From the NCBI GenBank assembly GCA_913020665.1, contig CAJVZI010000002.1, forward strand, positions 16,070 through 80,069: 64,000 nt of DNA. Direction: 5' to 3'. Positions 1-9,699 of this stretch are shown here, in pieces. Numbering within the stretch: position 1 is the first letter of the stretch; each line of letters starts with the position of its first letter. The DNA comes from an uncultured bacterium. GTDB taxonomy: Bacteria > Fidelibacterota > Marinisomatia > Marinisomatales > UBA1611. A program made the position numbers and the translations under genes. The notes beneath the pieces are model-generated. The model was not told where the DNA came from and did no database searches. It was given only the letters and a program-made list of their open reading frames with translations.

Positions 1-2008
1 CTGTTTGTGCAGTATTACCGTTACTCAATTGGATAAAATATACACCTGAACCAATATTATATGGTCGCCAGGTTGAAGTATGACTTCCAGAGCTAACTTT
101 CTTATCTATAAGGGTCGAGACCAATTGTCCCTTCATATCATAGATCTGTAAAAGAATGGATTGATCTTTTTCCAATGAAAAGTTTATTGAAATTGATGGA
201 TTAAATGGGTTTGGATATGGTTGCGCTAATGTATAGGAATTTGGCAATGGCCTTTTATCTAAATTTAATTGAGTTGTATATCCTTCCACTGATATTGTTT
301 TTGATCTATGTGGATGGTTGATAGGTAGCACTAGTAAATGGATAGCATTACCATTTTCAATCTCTGTAACCTCTCCATTAAATGATATTTGCTCACTCAT
401 ACCAGCTTCTAATACCAAATCAACGTTTTGCGAGTTGAACCATCCCTCATCATCACTTATTTGACAGGATAAAGAAAGTGAATGATCACCTTCATTCATG
501 ATCGTATAGGAAATGCTTGATGAACCTGAGGGAATATAAATACCAGAAACGCCCTCGCTTTCCATATAATTATTAATTAAAACACTATATGCTGCAGGGA
601 AAATACCTGAAATTCGGTTTGCTCTGTATACAGCCCCATCTGGCAGACTCAAATTATAAAGACCTTCCCAAACAATATTCCCTTCTACATCAACTTCTAG
701 GCTACGTCCACCACCACCAACGGTAGTTAAGAGGACATTTCCATTATCTAGTTTTTGAGCATTGCCAGAAGCAAAACCAAATAGGTCTGGTGCAAGTTCA
801 TAAGACCAGGCCAGTGAAGCATCTGATCCATCTATTGAAATTTCTATAGCTCTTGAGATCGGCTCATCTGTTCCACGGAATTCAGGTGCAAGGTTTCCAT
901 TGTCAAATGTTAATATATTACCATTCTCTAATTTTTGAAGACTATGTTGAAAGCTAAATCCGAGGTCTGTACCCATATTGATGTCGTTAGAGGACATTTG
1001 GTGTCCCATATTCCATATAATATCACCTGATGGATAATCGATCTTAGTAATACGCGAGAGGTGCCTAGTTGAAATATACAAAGCGCTTTCATCTTCATCA
1101 AAAATAACTGCATTGACATGCGTCCAGTCATAATGGAGGCTTATATATGCTTCTGTCCATGTTCCTCCTAATTGATCATAATCTTGCATGTCATAATGGT
1201 CAAACACATTCCAAGTCCAAACCACATCTTTTGTATCTTTATCCCACTCTATTAATTGATCTCCTATCCATGGAAATTCTATGGTTATCCCATCAGCCTG
1301 AAATCCCAGCCCTTGGAAGGAAGAGGTCCAACTTCCAACTGGTATAGGGCCTAAAGAACTCGTTTCAACAATGCCAAGGTAATTACCATTTGGTAGGAGT
1401 ATCAGATCATGATGTAAAAATTCATTATTCGGTTCTTCCCATAGCGTATCACCTTCAAACGACATTTCTAGACCTGGTAGATTATTCTCTGATCCAGGCA
1501 TGAGATAGCAACCTAATATATTCCCATATTTGCTTGTACTATAATAGACAAGGTCGTTCTCCCCAGAGTTCCATATCTCCCTACCTGAATGATCTATAGC
1601 AGCAGAAAAATAATTAAAAAAAGCACCAAATACCGTTATGCCAGGTTGTATTTGATCATCGATCACAAGATCTACAGTTGAGGATGATAATGATGAACCA
1701 GTAGTGAAAAGAAATGGGTCTGTCCATGAACCTTGCTGAGATTGATATATAGGTCTTACTCGCCAATAGTATGTACCATTCCAATCAATAACATCTCTTT
1801 CGATAATAATTAGGCTATTATCTTCAATATTCAATATAGGATTAGAAAAATCAGGATCTTCTGATAGCTGAAACTCGTAGTGGGTTGCTTCTGGAGTTTG
1901 TGTCCATTCAAATAATACGTGAGTATGGTTTAAAAGAGCTCCATTATATGGAGATATTAATTCACCAAAGATCAATGAAATATTTAGTAATAATAAAATT
2001 TGTCTCAT
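1..2008 (-). CDS. Arylsulfotransferase (ASST)-like beta-propeller protein with T9SS C-terminal sorting domain; C-terminus runs off the window
   Basis: Absent from the supplied track because it is open at the window edge. I hand-translated the minus frame (codons at 3k+2..3k+4). The ATG is at 2008-2006 and shares one nt with the stop of the upstream gene. N-terminus reads MRQILLLLNISLIF. I checked 1138-1082 (LHYDWTHVNAVIFDEDESA) and 1-253 (RPLPNSYTLAQPYPNPFNP ... GVYFIQLSNGNTAQT), which fits the Por/T9SS CTD pattern. Only 1-421 and 1082-1138 were verified codon by codon. Confidence 0.7.
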   Translation of the reverse strand, partial: MRQILLLLNISLIFGELISPYNGALLNHTHVLFEWTQTPEATHYEFQLSEDPDFSNPILNIEDNSLIIIERDVIDWNGTYYWRVRPIYQSQQGSWTDPFLFTTGSSLSSSTVDLVIDDQIQPGITVFGAFFNYFSAAIDHSGREIWNSGENDLVYYSTSKYGNILGCYLMPGSENNLPGLEMSFEGDTLWEEPNNEFLHHDLILLPNGNYLGIVETSSLGPIPVGSWTSSFQGLGFQADGITIEFPWIGDQLIEWDKDTKDVVWTWNVFDHYDMQDYDQLGGTWTEAYISLHYDWTHVNAVIFDEDESALYISTRHLSRITKIDYPSGDIIWNMGHQMSSNDINMGTDLGFSFQHSLQKLENGNILTFDNGNLAPEFRGTDEPISRAIEISIDGSDASLAWSYELAPDLFGFASGNAQKLDNGNVLLTTVGGGGRSLEVDVEGNIVWEGLYNLSLPDGAVYRANRISGIFPAAYSVLINNYMESEGVSGIYIPSGSSSISYTIMNEGDHSLSLSCQISDDEGWFNSQNVDLVLEAGMSEQISFNGEVTEIENGNAIHLLVLPINHPHRSKTISVEGYTTQLNLDKRPLPNSYTLAQPYPNPFNPSISINFSLEKDQSILLQIYDMKGQLVSTLIDKKVSSGSHTSTWRPYNIGSGVYFIQLSNGNTAQT

Positions 2009-2604
2009 CAATTTACTTTATTAGAGAGAGCCTCATTTAACCATGTCAAAACTTCAGTTCCTTGAGTTATCCAAGCTCTATTTAAGCCAAAGTCAGGAAA
2101 ATTACCAAGTAATTCACCATTCCATGCATAAGTGACCATTGTTTTATTCAAGGATGATTGATCTAAGATCCATACTCCAGCCGCATTTGGTAACCTTACA
2201 TATTTATCATCTAATGATCCGTCAGGGTGTTCAACTGAAGAAAAGGAAAAAACCCATTGGTCATCATTTTGTTCTATATAATATTTTACAACATAATCTC
2301 TTCCAGCAAATGGGAATGGCATATCTAAGATTATTTGTACAATGTTAGATTCTATTTGTTTAGCTCCAGTGACTCTTTTAAAAATGTTTGGATAGTTCTC
2401 TAGGTCTTGGATCAATTGAGCGATGGAGGACATATTATGTTCAAGGATCATTTCTGCTTTGCCTATTGGGTATCCCTGAAACTCTTGCCAAGCTACCATA
2501 ATTGGTTTTTCCTGCAAAATGATCCAATCATCCAGCTTATTAATACCTCTTAGATCCAATCCTAATAGCAGGCAATGCGTGAACAATAAAAATATATATC
2601 TCAT
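2008..2604 (-). CDS. START/SRPBCC-like lipid-binding domain protein with N-terminal signal-like segment
   Basis: 198 aa. Hydrophobic N-terminus MRYIFLLFTHCLLLG. Size and pattern (RDYVVKYYIE..., WNGELLGNFP...) resemble the START/polyketide-cyclase fold. Lies 3 nt downstream of the sulfotransferase gene. Confidence 0.5.
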   Translation of the reverse strand: MRYIFLLFTHCLLLGLDLRGINKLDDWIILQEKPIMVAWQEFQGYPIGKAEMILEHNMSSIAQLIQDLENYPNIFKRVTGAKQIESNIVQIILDMPFPFAGRDYVVKYYIEQNDDQWVFSFSSVEHPDGSLDDKYVRLPNAAGVWILDQSSLNKTMVTYAWNGELLGNFPDFGLNRAWITQGTEVLTWLNEALSNKVN

Positions 2605-2607
2605 AAC

Positions 2608-3690
2608 TCAGGATAAAAACGTTTTGTATATCGATCTACAATCATTTTTTATTTTTTCTTCTGATAACCCAAATTTTTCAAGGTCATATTTATGATCGCT
2701 CTTATAGTTCCTTTGACTTTCTGCAGTTTGTTGTATTACCTGGGTCAAACTATCCTTTTTTTCAATACCAATAAAATTAATTATCTGGTCCATTAATGCC
2801 TCAAAATCATCCATCATAAAATCAAAACGAACCACTAATACATTTTCCTTATTGATATTATTATTAACCCAGTCATGATGAAATCGATTTAATAACTCCA
2901 CCAGGGCATTATATAGTCTATCTATAAATCTCATTTGTAAATTTTCATCTAAAGCCCAGAAATTAAATCTTTTATCTAATACTCCAGTCACAAGGCTCAG
3001 TCCAGATGGGATAACTTTTAGTGGATCTCGAACCATATACAGTACTTTTGCACTTGGGAATCTTTCTTGAAAAGCTGGTAGATTACTACTCAAACTAAAT
3101 AGTTTGCCAATATATCGATCACCTTTGTTTGTTAAAATATTTCTTTTCCACATAGACTCAAACCAAGAAAAATCTCTTGAGGATCTATCTGTTATATTGG
3201 GATCGACCCAATGAAAAAGATCTTCTTCGTCAAAGGTCAAAAAAAATCCATATAGGAAAAACCCATCCAAATATCGAAAAAGAAGGGAGACATCATCTGT
3301 TTCAATAGATGTTAAACTGGTTTTATGAGCTGCGGTTGAATGATGCCGTGCAGGGCTAATTTTTTCTAAAAAGGGTAAAAATGGTCTGATGCATTTTTGT
3401 ACTGTTACAGATGGGTATAGCATTTGCCATAATTCTGAACCTGTTCCAATTTTTTCATTAATTAAAAAACGATGTAAGAAAGTGGTTCCTGACCTAGGGT
3501 TTCCCACAATAATTATAGGATCTTTCAAAGGCTTTCTGATCGACCAAAATATGATATGATCTAGCACCCTGCCAACCCCAACGATGATACGTAATAAAAG
3601 TACCATCAAGCCTGTTATCACTGGAGAGAACCAGGCGTTGAATGTCCTACCTAATATTAGGTATACTCTTGCTATTCGTTTGAGTGCCAT
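2608..3690 (-). CDS. PAPS-dependent sulfotransferase family protein, N-terminally membrane anchored
   Basis: IIVGNPRSGTTFLHRFL matches the 5'-PSB loop (PRSGTT). MVRDPLKVIPS matches the 3'-PB motif (RxxxxxxS). One hydrophobic N-terminal helix (FSPVITGLMVLLLRIIVGV). Confidence 0.75.
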   Translation of the reverse strand: MALKRIARVYLILGRTFNAWFSPVITGLMVLLLRIIVGVGRVLDHIIFWSIRKPLKDPIIIVGNPRSGTTFLHRFLINEKIGTGSELWQMLYPSVTVQKCIRPFLPFLEKISPARHHSTAAHKTSLTSIETDDVSLLFRYLDGFFLYGFFLTFDEEDLFHWVDPNITDRSSRDFSWFESMWKRNILTNKGDRYIGKLFSLSSNLPAFQERFPSAKVLYMVRDPLKVIPSGLSLVTGVLDKRFNFWALDENLQMRFIDRLYNALVELLNRFHHDWVNNNINKENVLVVRFDFMMDDFEALMDQIINFIGIEKKDSLTQVIQQTAESQRNYKSDHKYDLEKFGLSEEKIKNDCRSIYKTFLS

Positions 3691-3813
3691 AATATATTTT
3701 TAAGTTGGGTATAAATAACATTAGGTGATAATACAAATAATTGATTTAACTATATGATGTAATACTAGCCTAATACTCAAATATATTTGCCATTAATCTA
3801 GATAATATACTAA

Positions 3814-5268
3814 ATGAAAAATTCACTATTATTTTATTTTATTTTCTCAGTCGCTTCATACGGACAGCCATTTGATGGCATGTTACTTTTTTCCCCAGCT
3901 GTAGGTGGTGGCGGCGGTGGCGGCGGTAACTTCTTTACATACTTAGTGGATAATGATCTTAATGTAATAAATACATGGTCTCATCCAAGAGGAGCTGCCA
4001 GTATGCCATATCTTATGCCTGATAGTACTTTATGGTTTCCTTACCGTGTTCCAAATCCAACTATGGGTACTGGCGGTGTAGGCGGTGGTATCTCGAAATA
4101 TGCATGGGATGGTGAATTATTATGGGATTATGAGGTCTCGAATGATACATATCAACATCATCATGATATAGAACCCTTGCCTAATGGGAATGTCCTTGTT
4201 ATTGCATGGGAAAGAAAGACCGCAGAAGAGGCCTATGCGGTCGGTCGACAATCGATTGATAATTCCTTGAATGAAATGTGGGCTGAAGCCATACTCGAAT
4301 TAGAGCCGGTAGGCGATAATGATGCAAATATTGTGTGGGAGTGGCATATATGGGATCATTTGATCCAGGATGTTGATCCAGATCTATCAAATTATGGCGT
4401 AATAGCCGATCATCCAGAATTACAGGATGTGAATTTTGGTAATGCAGGTAGTAACCAAGGGCCAGGAGGTCCTAATGGAGATTGGAAACATTTTAATGCA
4501 ATCGCTTACAACGAGGAACTTGACCAGATAGCGCTTTCATCAAGGCACCATGATGAGATCTATATTATTGACCATAGTACAACCACAGAAGAGGCCTCTG
4601 GACATACGGGTGGTAATTCAGGTATGGGCGGAGATTATATTTATCGTTGGGGGAATCCTCAGACATATGACCGTGGGACAAATGCTGACAAACAACTTGA
4701 TGACCAGCATGGTGTTAATTGGATACCAGAGGGTTACCCAGGAGAAGGCAATCTAATATTGTTCAATAATAATTATACCAATAACTCAGCTGTTTTTGAG
4801 ATAGAGACACCGTTAAATAATAATGGTCTATATTCAATAACAGATGGAGAGCCTTATGGCCCTCAAGAACCGATCTGGCTTCATACAGGTGAATTCCATA
4901 CACAGATGCAAGGCGGTGCGTTTCGTCTACCTAATGGCAATACTATCATTACAGACTGCGATGATGCAACTATCTTTGAGGTTACCTATGACCATGAAGA
5001 GGTCTGGAGTTATAATTTTGGAACTGGTCAAGTATTCATTGCTCGTGCGCAAAAATATGATTTGAACTATTTAGGACCCGACTTCCCAGAATATATTTTA
5101 GGTGATGTGAACTTTGATGACTCCATAGATGTAAAAGATCTTCTCATGATATCTGATATGGCATCTGGCTTTGGGTATTCACCGACTCCTCCAGCTGATT
5201 ATAATCTTGATGGTTCTGTCAATATATCAGATGTTTTGCTATTGCTACAGGAAATATTGAGCAACTGA
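3814..5268 (+). CDS. Secreted arylsulfotransferase (ASST)-like propeller with Gly8 linker and C-terminal type I dockerin
   Basis: Signal peptide MKNSLLFYFIFSVASYG. HHHDIEPLPNGNVLVIAWE and GDWKHFNAIAYN share the DWxHxN motif with the 1-2008 paralogue. The C-terminus has two Ca-binding repeats, DVNFDDSIDVKD and DYNLDGSVNISD. Confidence 0.65.
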   Translation: MKNSLLFYFIFSVASYGQPFDGMLLFSPAVGGGGGGGGNFFTYLVDNDLNVINTWSHPRGAASMPYLMPDSTLWFPYRVPNPTMGTGGVGGGISKYAWDGELLWDYEVSNDTYQHHHDIEPLPNGNVLVIAWERKTAEEAYAVGRQSIDNSLNEMWAEAILELEPVGDNDANIVWEWHIWDHLIQDVDPDLSNYGVIADHPELQDVNFGNAGSNQGPGGPNGDWKHFNAIAYNEELDQIALSSRHHDEIYIIDHSTTTEEASGHTGGNSGMGGDYIYRWGNPQTYDRGTNADKQLDDQHGVNWIPEGYPGEGNLILFNNNYTNNSAVFEIETPLNNNGLYSITDGEPYGPQEPIWLHTGEFHTQMQGGAFRLPNGNTIITDCDDATIFEVTYDHEEVWSYNFGTGQVFIARAQKYDLNYLGPDFPEYILGDVNFDDSIDVKDLLMISDMASGFGYSPTPPADYNLDGSVNISDVLLLLQEILSN

Positions 5269-5390
5269 TCATTTTATAATAATGATAACACCAATGTAGA
5301 TTGGTGCCAATGAAAATAGCTGTTCATTTTATCTTTGTATGATTCAAAAGGACTAGCATCTCTAATACAGTGAATATTACCCGAATTGAA

Positions 5391-7679
5391 ATGACAATAA
5401 AACAATGGTTTGTTGATCAAGCGCTGATACATTCCCGCCGAACGATCATATTATCCATATTAGCCACTTTATTGATCGGTTCGGGAATACGATTCTTGAT
5501 AATGGATGATGATATGATGAAGATGCTGCCTAAAGAACTTGAATCGAAAATAACTTGGGATGCGATTCAAAATGAATTTGGAAGTACAGAGGTTATCTTT
5601 ATTGCATTTGGCCATCAAGGTCAGTCAGTTTATAAGCAGAAAACTCTTGCTGATTTATGGGTCTTATCTGAAAAGTTAGGGTCTTTGAATACTGTTGATG
5701 ATATTTCCAATATAAGTACTGCAACAAGGATCGATCAGGTAGACGGGTTTATGGAGATCGATGATCTACAAGCTGAAAAAGAACTTTCAGATGTAGAAAT
5801 AGATCATATCAAAATATATTTGAATAAGAATCCAAACCTTAAAAAACAGCTTGTCAGTAAAGGAGAAGAATATTTTCTTACTATCATACAACCATATGAT
5901 AATGTTGGCCTAGATCAGTTCAGGAATGATATTGTTGCGGTTGGCGATTCTGTACTCATGGATTATGAGGTGCACTATGGCGGGACAGCATATGTCACCG
6001 GTTCTGTACCACAGCTGATACGTGAAGATGTTCAATTATTGATCAAGGTCGGCATGCTCATCATGTTGGCCATACTTTTATTTAACCTTAGAAGCATACA
6101 TGCAGTATTAATGGTCATGATGGTCATTTTATTTTCTCTTGTGGCCATGATGGGTTTTATGGGCTGGGCCTATAAAATAACAGGTTCAGATCGTTTTTTA
6201 TTTGCTCTATTGAATACATCTATGCCCATCATATTGCTAACTATCGCTAATTCAGACGGTGTTCATGTTATCACCAAGTTCTTTAGAGAGTTTAGAAAGC
6301 TAGGTAATGTGACTGCTGCAGTCGAAACGAGTATGGATGCATTATTACTACCAATATTTTTAACTAGCATCACAACGATAGCTGCATTTCTTACAATGGT
6401 AACTTCCCCATTAGAGCCTTTGGTAGGTTATGGCATATGTATTTCAGTTGGTATTCTTTGGGCATGGCTAATGAGTTCTCTAATGCTGCCCGCTATAATT
6501 AGTACTAAAGATTGGGATCCTCTATCAAAAGCAATTTCTCAGGCCAGCATATTTGAAAAATTTGTAAAACATATCGCTAATTTAGTTGTTCGATATCCAA
6601 GATATGTTTTTTCTTCTGGATCTATTTTGGTTCTAGTTGGTTTAATGGGGCTATACAAGGTCACTGTTGATGTTAATGTCGCCAGTTTTTTCAAACCTGG
6701 AACAGAGATAAGGGATAGTATGGATTTCATGGATAAGGAGATGAGCGGTACCATGGACCTTAGGGTCCGGATAGAGGGAAATATTAAAGACCCCACTATT
6801 TTACAAAAAATGGACTCATTGCAAAATTATATTGAAACCAATGGTCAGGTCACGGTCACTTATTCAATTGCCAATGTTGTAAAACAAATGCACCGTACTG
6901 TTATGGACGATAGCCTGAAATATGAAACGATTCCAAGAGAAAGTGAAAAAGTGAATAACCTTTTTACAATGTATTCTATGTCTGGAGATCCAGAAGATTT
7001 TTCAAGTCTAATAGACTATGAACAATCATCAGGGCTTATAACAGCTTTAAGTAAAACGATGAGTACAGAGGATGTTTTTTTATTTGTCAGCTCTATCACG
7101 GATCATATTAAAAAGAGTTTTGATGCATCCATGAATATTGATGTGACGGGAATGATCGTTGTAATCCGGGATATGGTTTTAATGGTAATAAGTTCATCAT
7201 TTTTTAGTATTCTGATCTCCCTGGTCTTGATCTGCGCGATAACATCTCTATTCTTTGATCGAATTATTTGGGGAATTTTAGCAGTGATTCCTCTTACGGG
7301 TGCTGTGATACTTAATTTTGGATTAATGGGTCATTTTGATATCACTCTTAATCATATTACTGCGATATTGTCATCAATTATCATCGGAGTAGGAGTAGAC
7401 TTTGCCATTCATTTCATCTCACAATTCAGACGACTTTCAATCTCAAATCCTAGAGATGGATTAAGCCAAGAAGTGATTCAAGATGTTGGTTATCCAATTA
7501 TATTGGATGCTGGTTCCAATATGGGATTTGGAGCATTGTTGTTTTCTGCATTTATACCTGTTCAATATATAGGAGGTTTAATGGTCTTTGCTATGATGTC
7601 AACTTCTCTTGGCACGCTGACATTACTATCTTCATCCACAGAATTACTTAAAGATCATTTAATAAAAAAAGGTGATTAA
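5391..7679 (+). CDS. RND-superfamily MMPL/HpnN-like exporter (two 6-TM bundles with periplasmic domains)
   Basis: About 760 aa. Two hydrophobic blocks are separated by soluble domains, an SSD-like layout. The track start is GTG 5370; the ATG at 5391 (MTIKQWF) is more likely in this AT-rich genome. Confidence 0.7.
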   Translation: MTIKQWFVDQALIHSRRTIILSILATLLIGSGIRFLIMDDDMMKMLPKELESKITWDAIQNEFGSTEVIFIAFGHQGQSVYKQKTLADLWVLSEKLGSLNTVDDISNISTATRIDQVDGFMEIDDLQAEKELSDVEIDHIKIYLNKNPNLKKQLVSKGEEYFLTIIQPYDNVGLDQFRNDIVAVGDSVLMDYEVHYGGTAYVTGSVPQLIREDVQLLIKVGMLIMLAILLFNLRSIHAVLMVMMVILFSLVAMMGFMGWAYKITGSDRFLFALLNTSMPIILLTIANSDGVHVITKFFREFRKLGNVTAAVETSMDALLLPIFLTSITTIAAFLTMVTSPLEPLVGYGICISVGILWAWLMSSLMLPAIISTKDWDPLSKAISQASIFEKFVKHIANLVVRYPRYVFSSGSILVLVGLMGLYKVTVDVNVASFFKPGTEIRDSMDFMDKEMSGTMDLRVRIEGNIKDPTILQKMDSLQNYIETNGQVTVTYSIANVVKQMHRTVMDDSLKYETIPRESEKVNNLFTMYSMSGDPEDFSSLIDYEQSSGLITALSKTMSTEDVFLFVSSITDHIKKSFDASMNIDVTGMIVVIRDMVLMVISSSFFSILISLVLICAITSLFFDRIIWGILAVIPLTGAVILNFGLMGHFDITLNHITAILSSIIIGVGVDFAIHFISQFRRLSISNPRDGLSQEVIQDVGYPIILDAGSNMGFGALLFSAFIPVQYIGGLMVFAMMSTSLGTLTLLSSSTELLKDHLIKKGD

Positions 7680-7680
7680 A

Positions 7681-8430
7681 ATGAAATATTCCCTTCTTTT
7701 TTTAGTGCCATTTATAATGCAAGGTCAGTCAGGCTATGATATCGCTAGGTCTATGGATATGCGCCCAGCACCGAAAGACCTTTCCAATAAAACTAATATG
7801 ATCCTTAAGAACTCAAAGGGTAAAACTCGAAACCATGTTATGGTATCAAGATCTATGGATAATAATCAGAAGCAGATCATTTGGTTCTTAGAGCCAAAGG
7901 ATGATCGAGGTGTGGCATTTTTAAAAATAGAACATGATAACAAAGATGATGAAATGCAAATGTGGTTGCCGGCATTTAAAAAAGTACGACGGATATCTGC
8001 AAAGAAAAAGGGGGATGCTTTCATGGGATCAGACCTTAGCTATGAGGATCTATCCAACCGTGACCTAGATGAAAATAATTATCAACGTCTTAACGATGAA
8101 AAGTGGAACAATAAAGATTGTTTTGTATTGAAGACGATTCCAAAAAATGAAACAAGATCGTCTTATAGTGAACATGTTTCTTGGATTGATAAAGCTACAT
8201 TGACCTTATTAAAAGAGCGTTCCTATGATCGTAGAGGCGACCTCACGAAAGAAAAAGAATTTGAATATGAAAAAAGGGGAGAGTATGATTTGATAAAACG
8301 TGTATTTGTCAAAGACATCCATACCAACCACACAACGGAGGTATTATTTACTGATATTAAAGTAGATTCAGGTTTAAAAGATGATTTGTTCCATGAAAGG
8401 AATCTAAAACGTTTGCCAAAAGACCAATGA
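7681..8430 (+). CDS. LolA-like outer-membrane lipoprotein-sorting / lipid-carrier protein
   Basis: Signal peptide MKYSLLFLVPFIMQG. WFLEPKDDRGVAFLKIE and GSDLSYEDL are typical of LolA_like partners of RND/MMPL exporters. The ATG lies 2 nt after the RND stop. Confidence 0.6.
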   Translation: MKYSLLFLVPFIMQGQSGYDIARSMDMRPAPKDLSNKTNMILKNSKGKTRNHVMVSRSMDNNQKQIIWFLEPKDDRGVAFLKIEHDNKDDEMQMWLPAFKKVRRISAKKKGDAFMGSDLSYEDLSNRDLDENNYQRLNDEKWNNKDCFVLKTIPKNETRSSYSEHVSWIDKATLTLLKERSYDRRGDLTKEKEFEYEKRGEYDLIKRVFVKDIHTNHTTEVLFTDIKVDSGLKDDLFHERNLKRLPKDQ

Positions 8431-8434
8431 CATA

Positions 8435-9655
8435 ATGAGAGCCAAATATATATATATCATCTTGGCCTACGCTTTAACCTATATTGAATGTAGGGAGGAG
8501 ACAGGTCTTATATCTCTAGGAGGTAAAATAACAAATCCAATAGGACAAGAGGCAAGATTCATTTTCCCTGATACTACTTACTCAGCAATATTAGATGATA
8601 ACGGTCGATTTGAAATAACCTTCTCTAGAGATTCATCTAGCTATCTAAGATTTGGTCAAGGTTCAGAGACAACCTTCATGTATCTTAGTCCTGGAGACAA
8701 TGTGTCCTTAAAGATAGATACAAAAGAATTTGATGAAACAATAGAATATAAAAACAGTGCTGAGTCATCATTTTTAGCATTTAAATTTTTATTAAATGAG
8801 AAAAAGGATTTCTATGGTGAAGCTCTTTATCTGAAAGATATGAAGGAGTACAAAGAATATATTAAAAACTATGCAGATGAACTTTTAGAAAAATTAGATC
8901 AGATAAATAATTCAGATTTTATCTTGGCAGAGAAAAAATCTTTAGATAACAATACGGAAAGATATATTCAACAAAAAGAAAAGTTATCCTCGCTCTCAAA
9001 AGAGGAATCCATCTTTGCTTGGGAAAAAAGAACACTATCTAGAGAATATAATTTTTATCAATTATTAGGCTCTGGTACAACAGAAGAATTCAATAGTATG
9101 TTAAGCGAGTACAAGGATCATATTCTATCAAAACTTTCCAGCGTAAATAATACGGGTTTTATTAACAAAGAAAAGAAAATACTGGAAAAAGATGTATTAA
9201 AATGGAAAGAGCGGAGGACATCTTTTGATAATATGCCTAAAGAAGGTGAAGACGCAATTGACTTCTCATATCCTGATAAAGAAGGGAATGTGTTACAGCT
9301 TTCTTCTTTCCAAGGCAGTATGGTCTATGTTGATGTTTGGGCAACTTGGTGTGGTCCGTGTATAGCGCAGATACCAGCACTGGAACAATTGCAGAAGGAT
9401 TATAAAGAAGAAAATATCATTTTTATGAGTGTATCAGTAGACACTGATAAAGATGCATGGTTAAAAATGCTTCATGAAGATCAATTGCAGGGTGTGCAGC
9501 TTTGGGCCGATGGATGGAGTGATATAACCCGGTCCTACGCAATATTTGGTATTCCCAGATTCCTTTTATTTGATTCTAACGGTAAAGTGATATCGGTTGA
9601 TGCACCCAGACCCACATCTGGAGATATACGAGAAATGATTGATAATAATCTATAG
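8435..9655 (+). CDS. TlpA/ResA-like periplasmic thiol:disulfide oxidoreductase with long N-terminal domain
   Basis: VDVWATWCGPCIAQIPALEQL carries the WCGPC thioredoxin active site in the C-terminal ~140 aa. Confidence 0.75.
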   Translation: MRAKYIYIILAYALTYIECREETGLISLGGKITNPIGQEARFIFPDTTYSAILDDNGRFEITFSRDSSSYLRFGQGSETTFMYLSPGDNVSLKIDTKEFDETIEYKNSAESSFLAFKFLLNEKKDFYGEALYLKDMKEYKEYIKNYADELLEKLDQINNSDFILAEKKSLDNNTERYIQQKEKLSSLSKEESIFAWEKRTLSREYNFYQLLGSGTTEEFNSMLSEYKDHILSKLSSVNNTGFINKEKKILEKDVLKWKERRTSFDNMPKEGEDAIDFSYPDKEGNVLQLSSFQGSMVYVDVWATWCGPCIAQIPALEQLQKDYKEENIIFMSVSVDTDKDAWLKMLHEDQLQGVQLWADGWSDITRSYAIFGIPRFLLFDSNGKVISVDAPRPTSGDIREMIDNNL

Positions 9656-9699
9656 TTGGAGAGCCTAAATAATAAATTATTATCTAATGAATAACGGGG

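Noticed and set aside
3904-3927. The (GGY)8 tract as a phase-variation or slippage switch.
   Set aside because: It is in frame and made of mixed GGT/GGC codons. Slippage would only change linker length, so it would not act as an on/off contingency locus.
5290-5307. The CACCAAT-GTAG-ATTGGTG hairpin after the ASST-dockerin gene as a terminator. A similar weak hairpin lies at 55597-55618.
   Set aside because: The stems are short (6-7 bp) and no T-tract follows, which is too weak to call.
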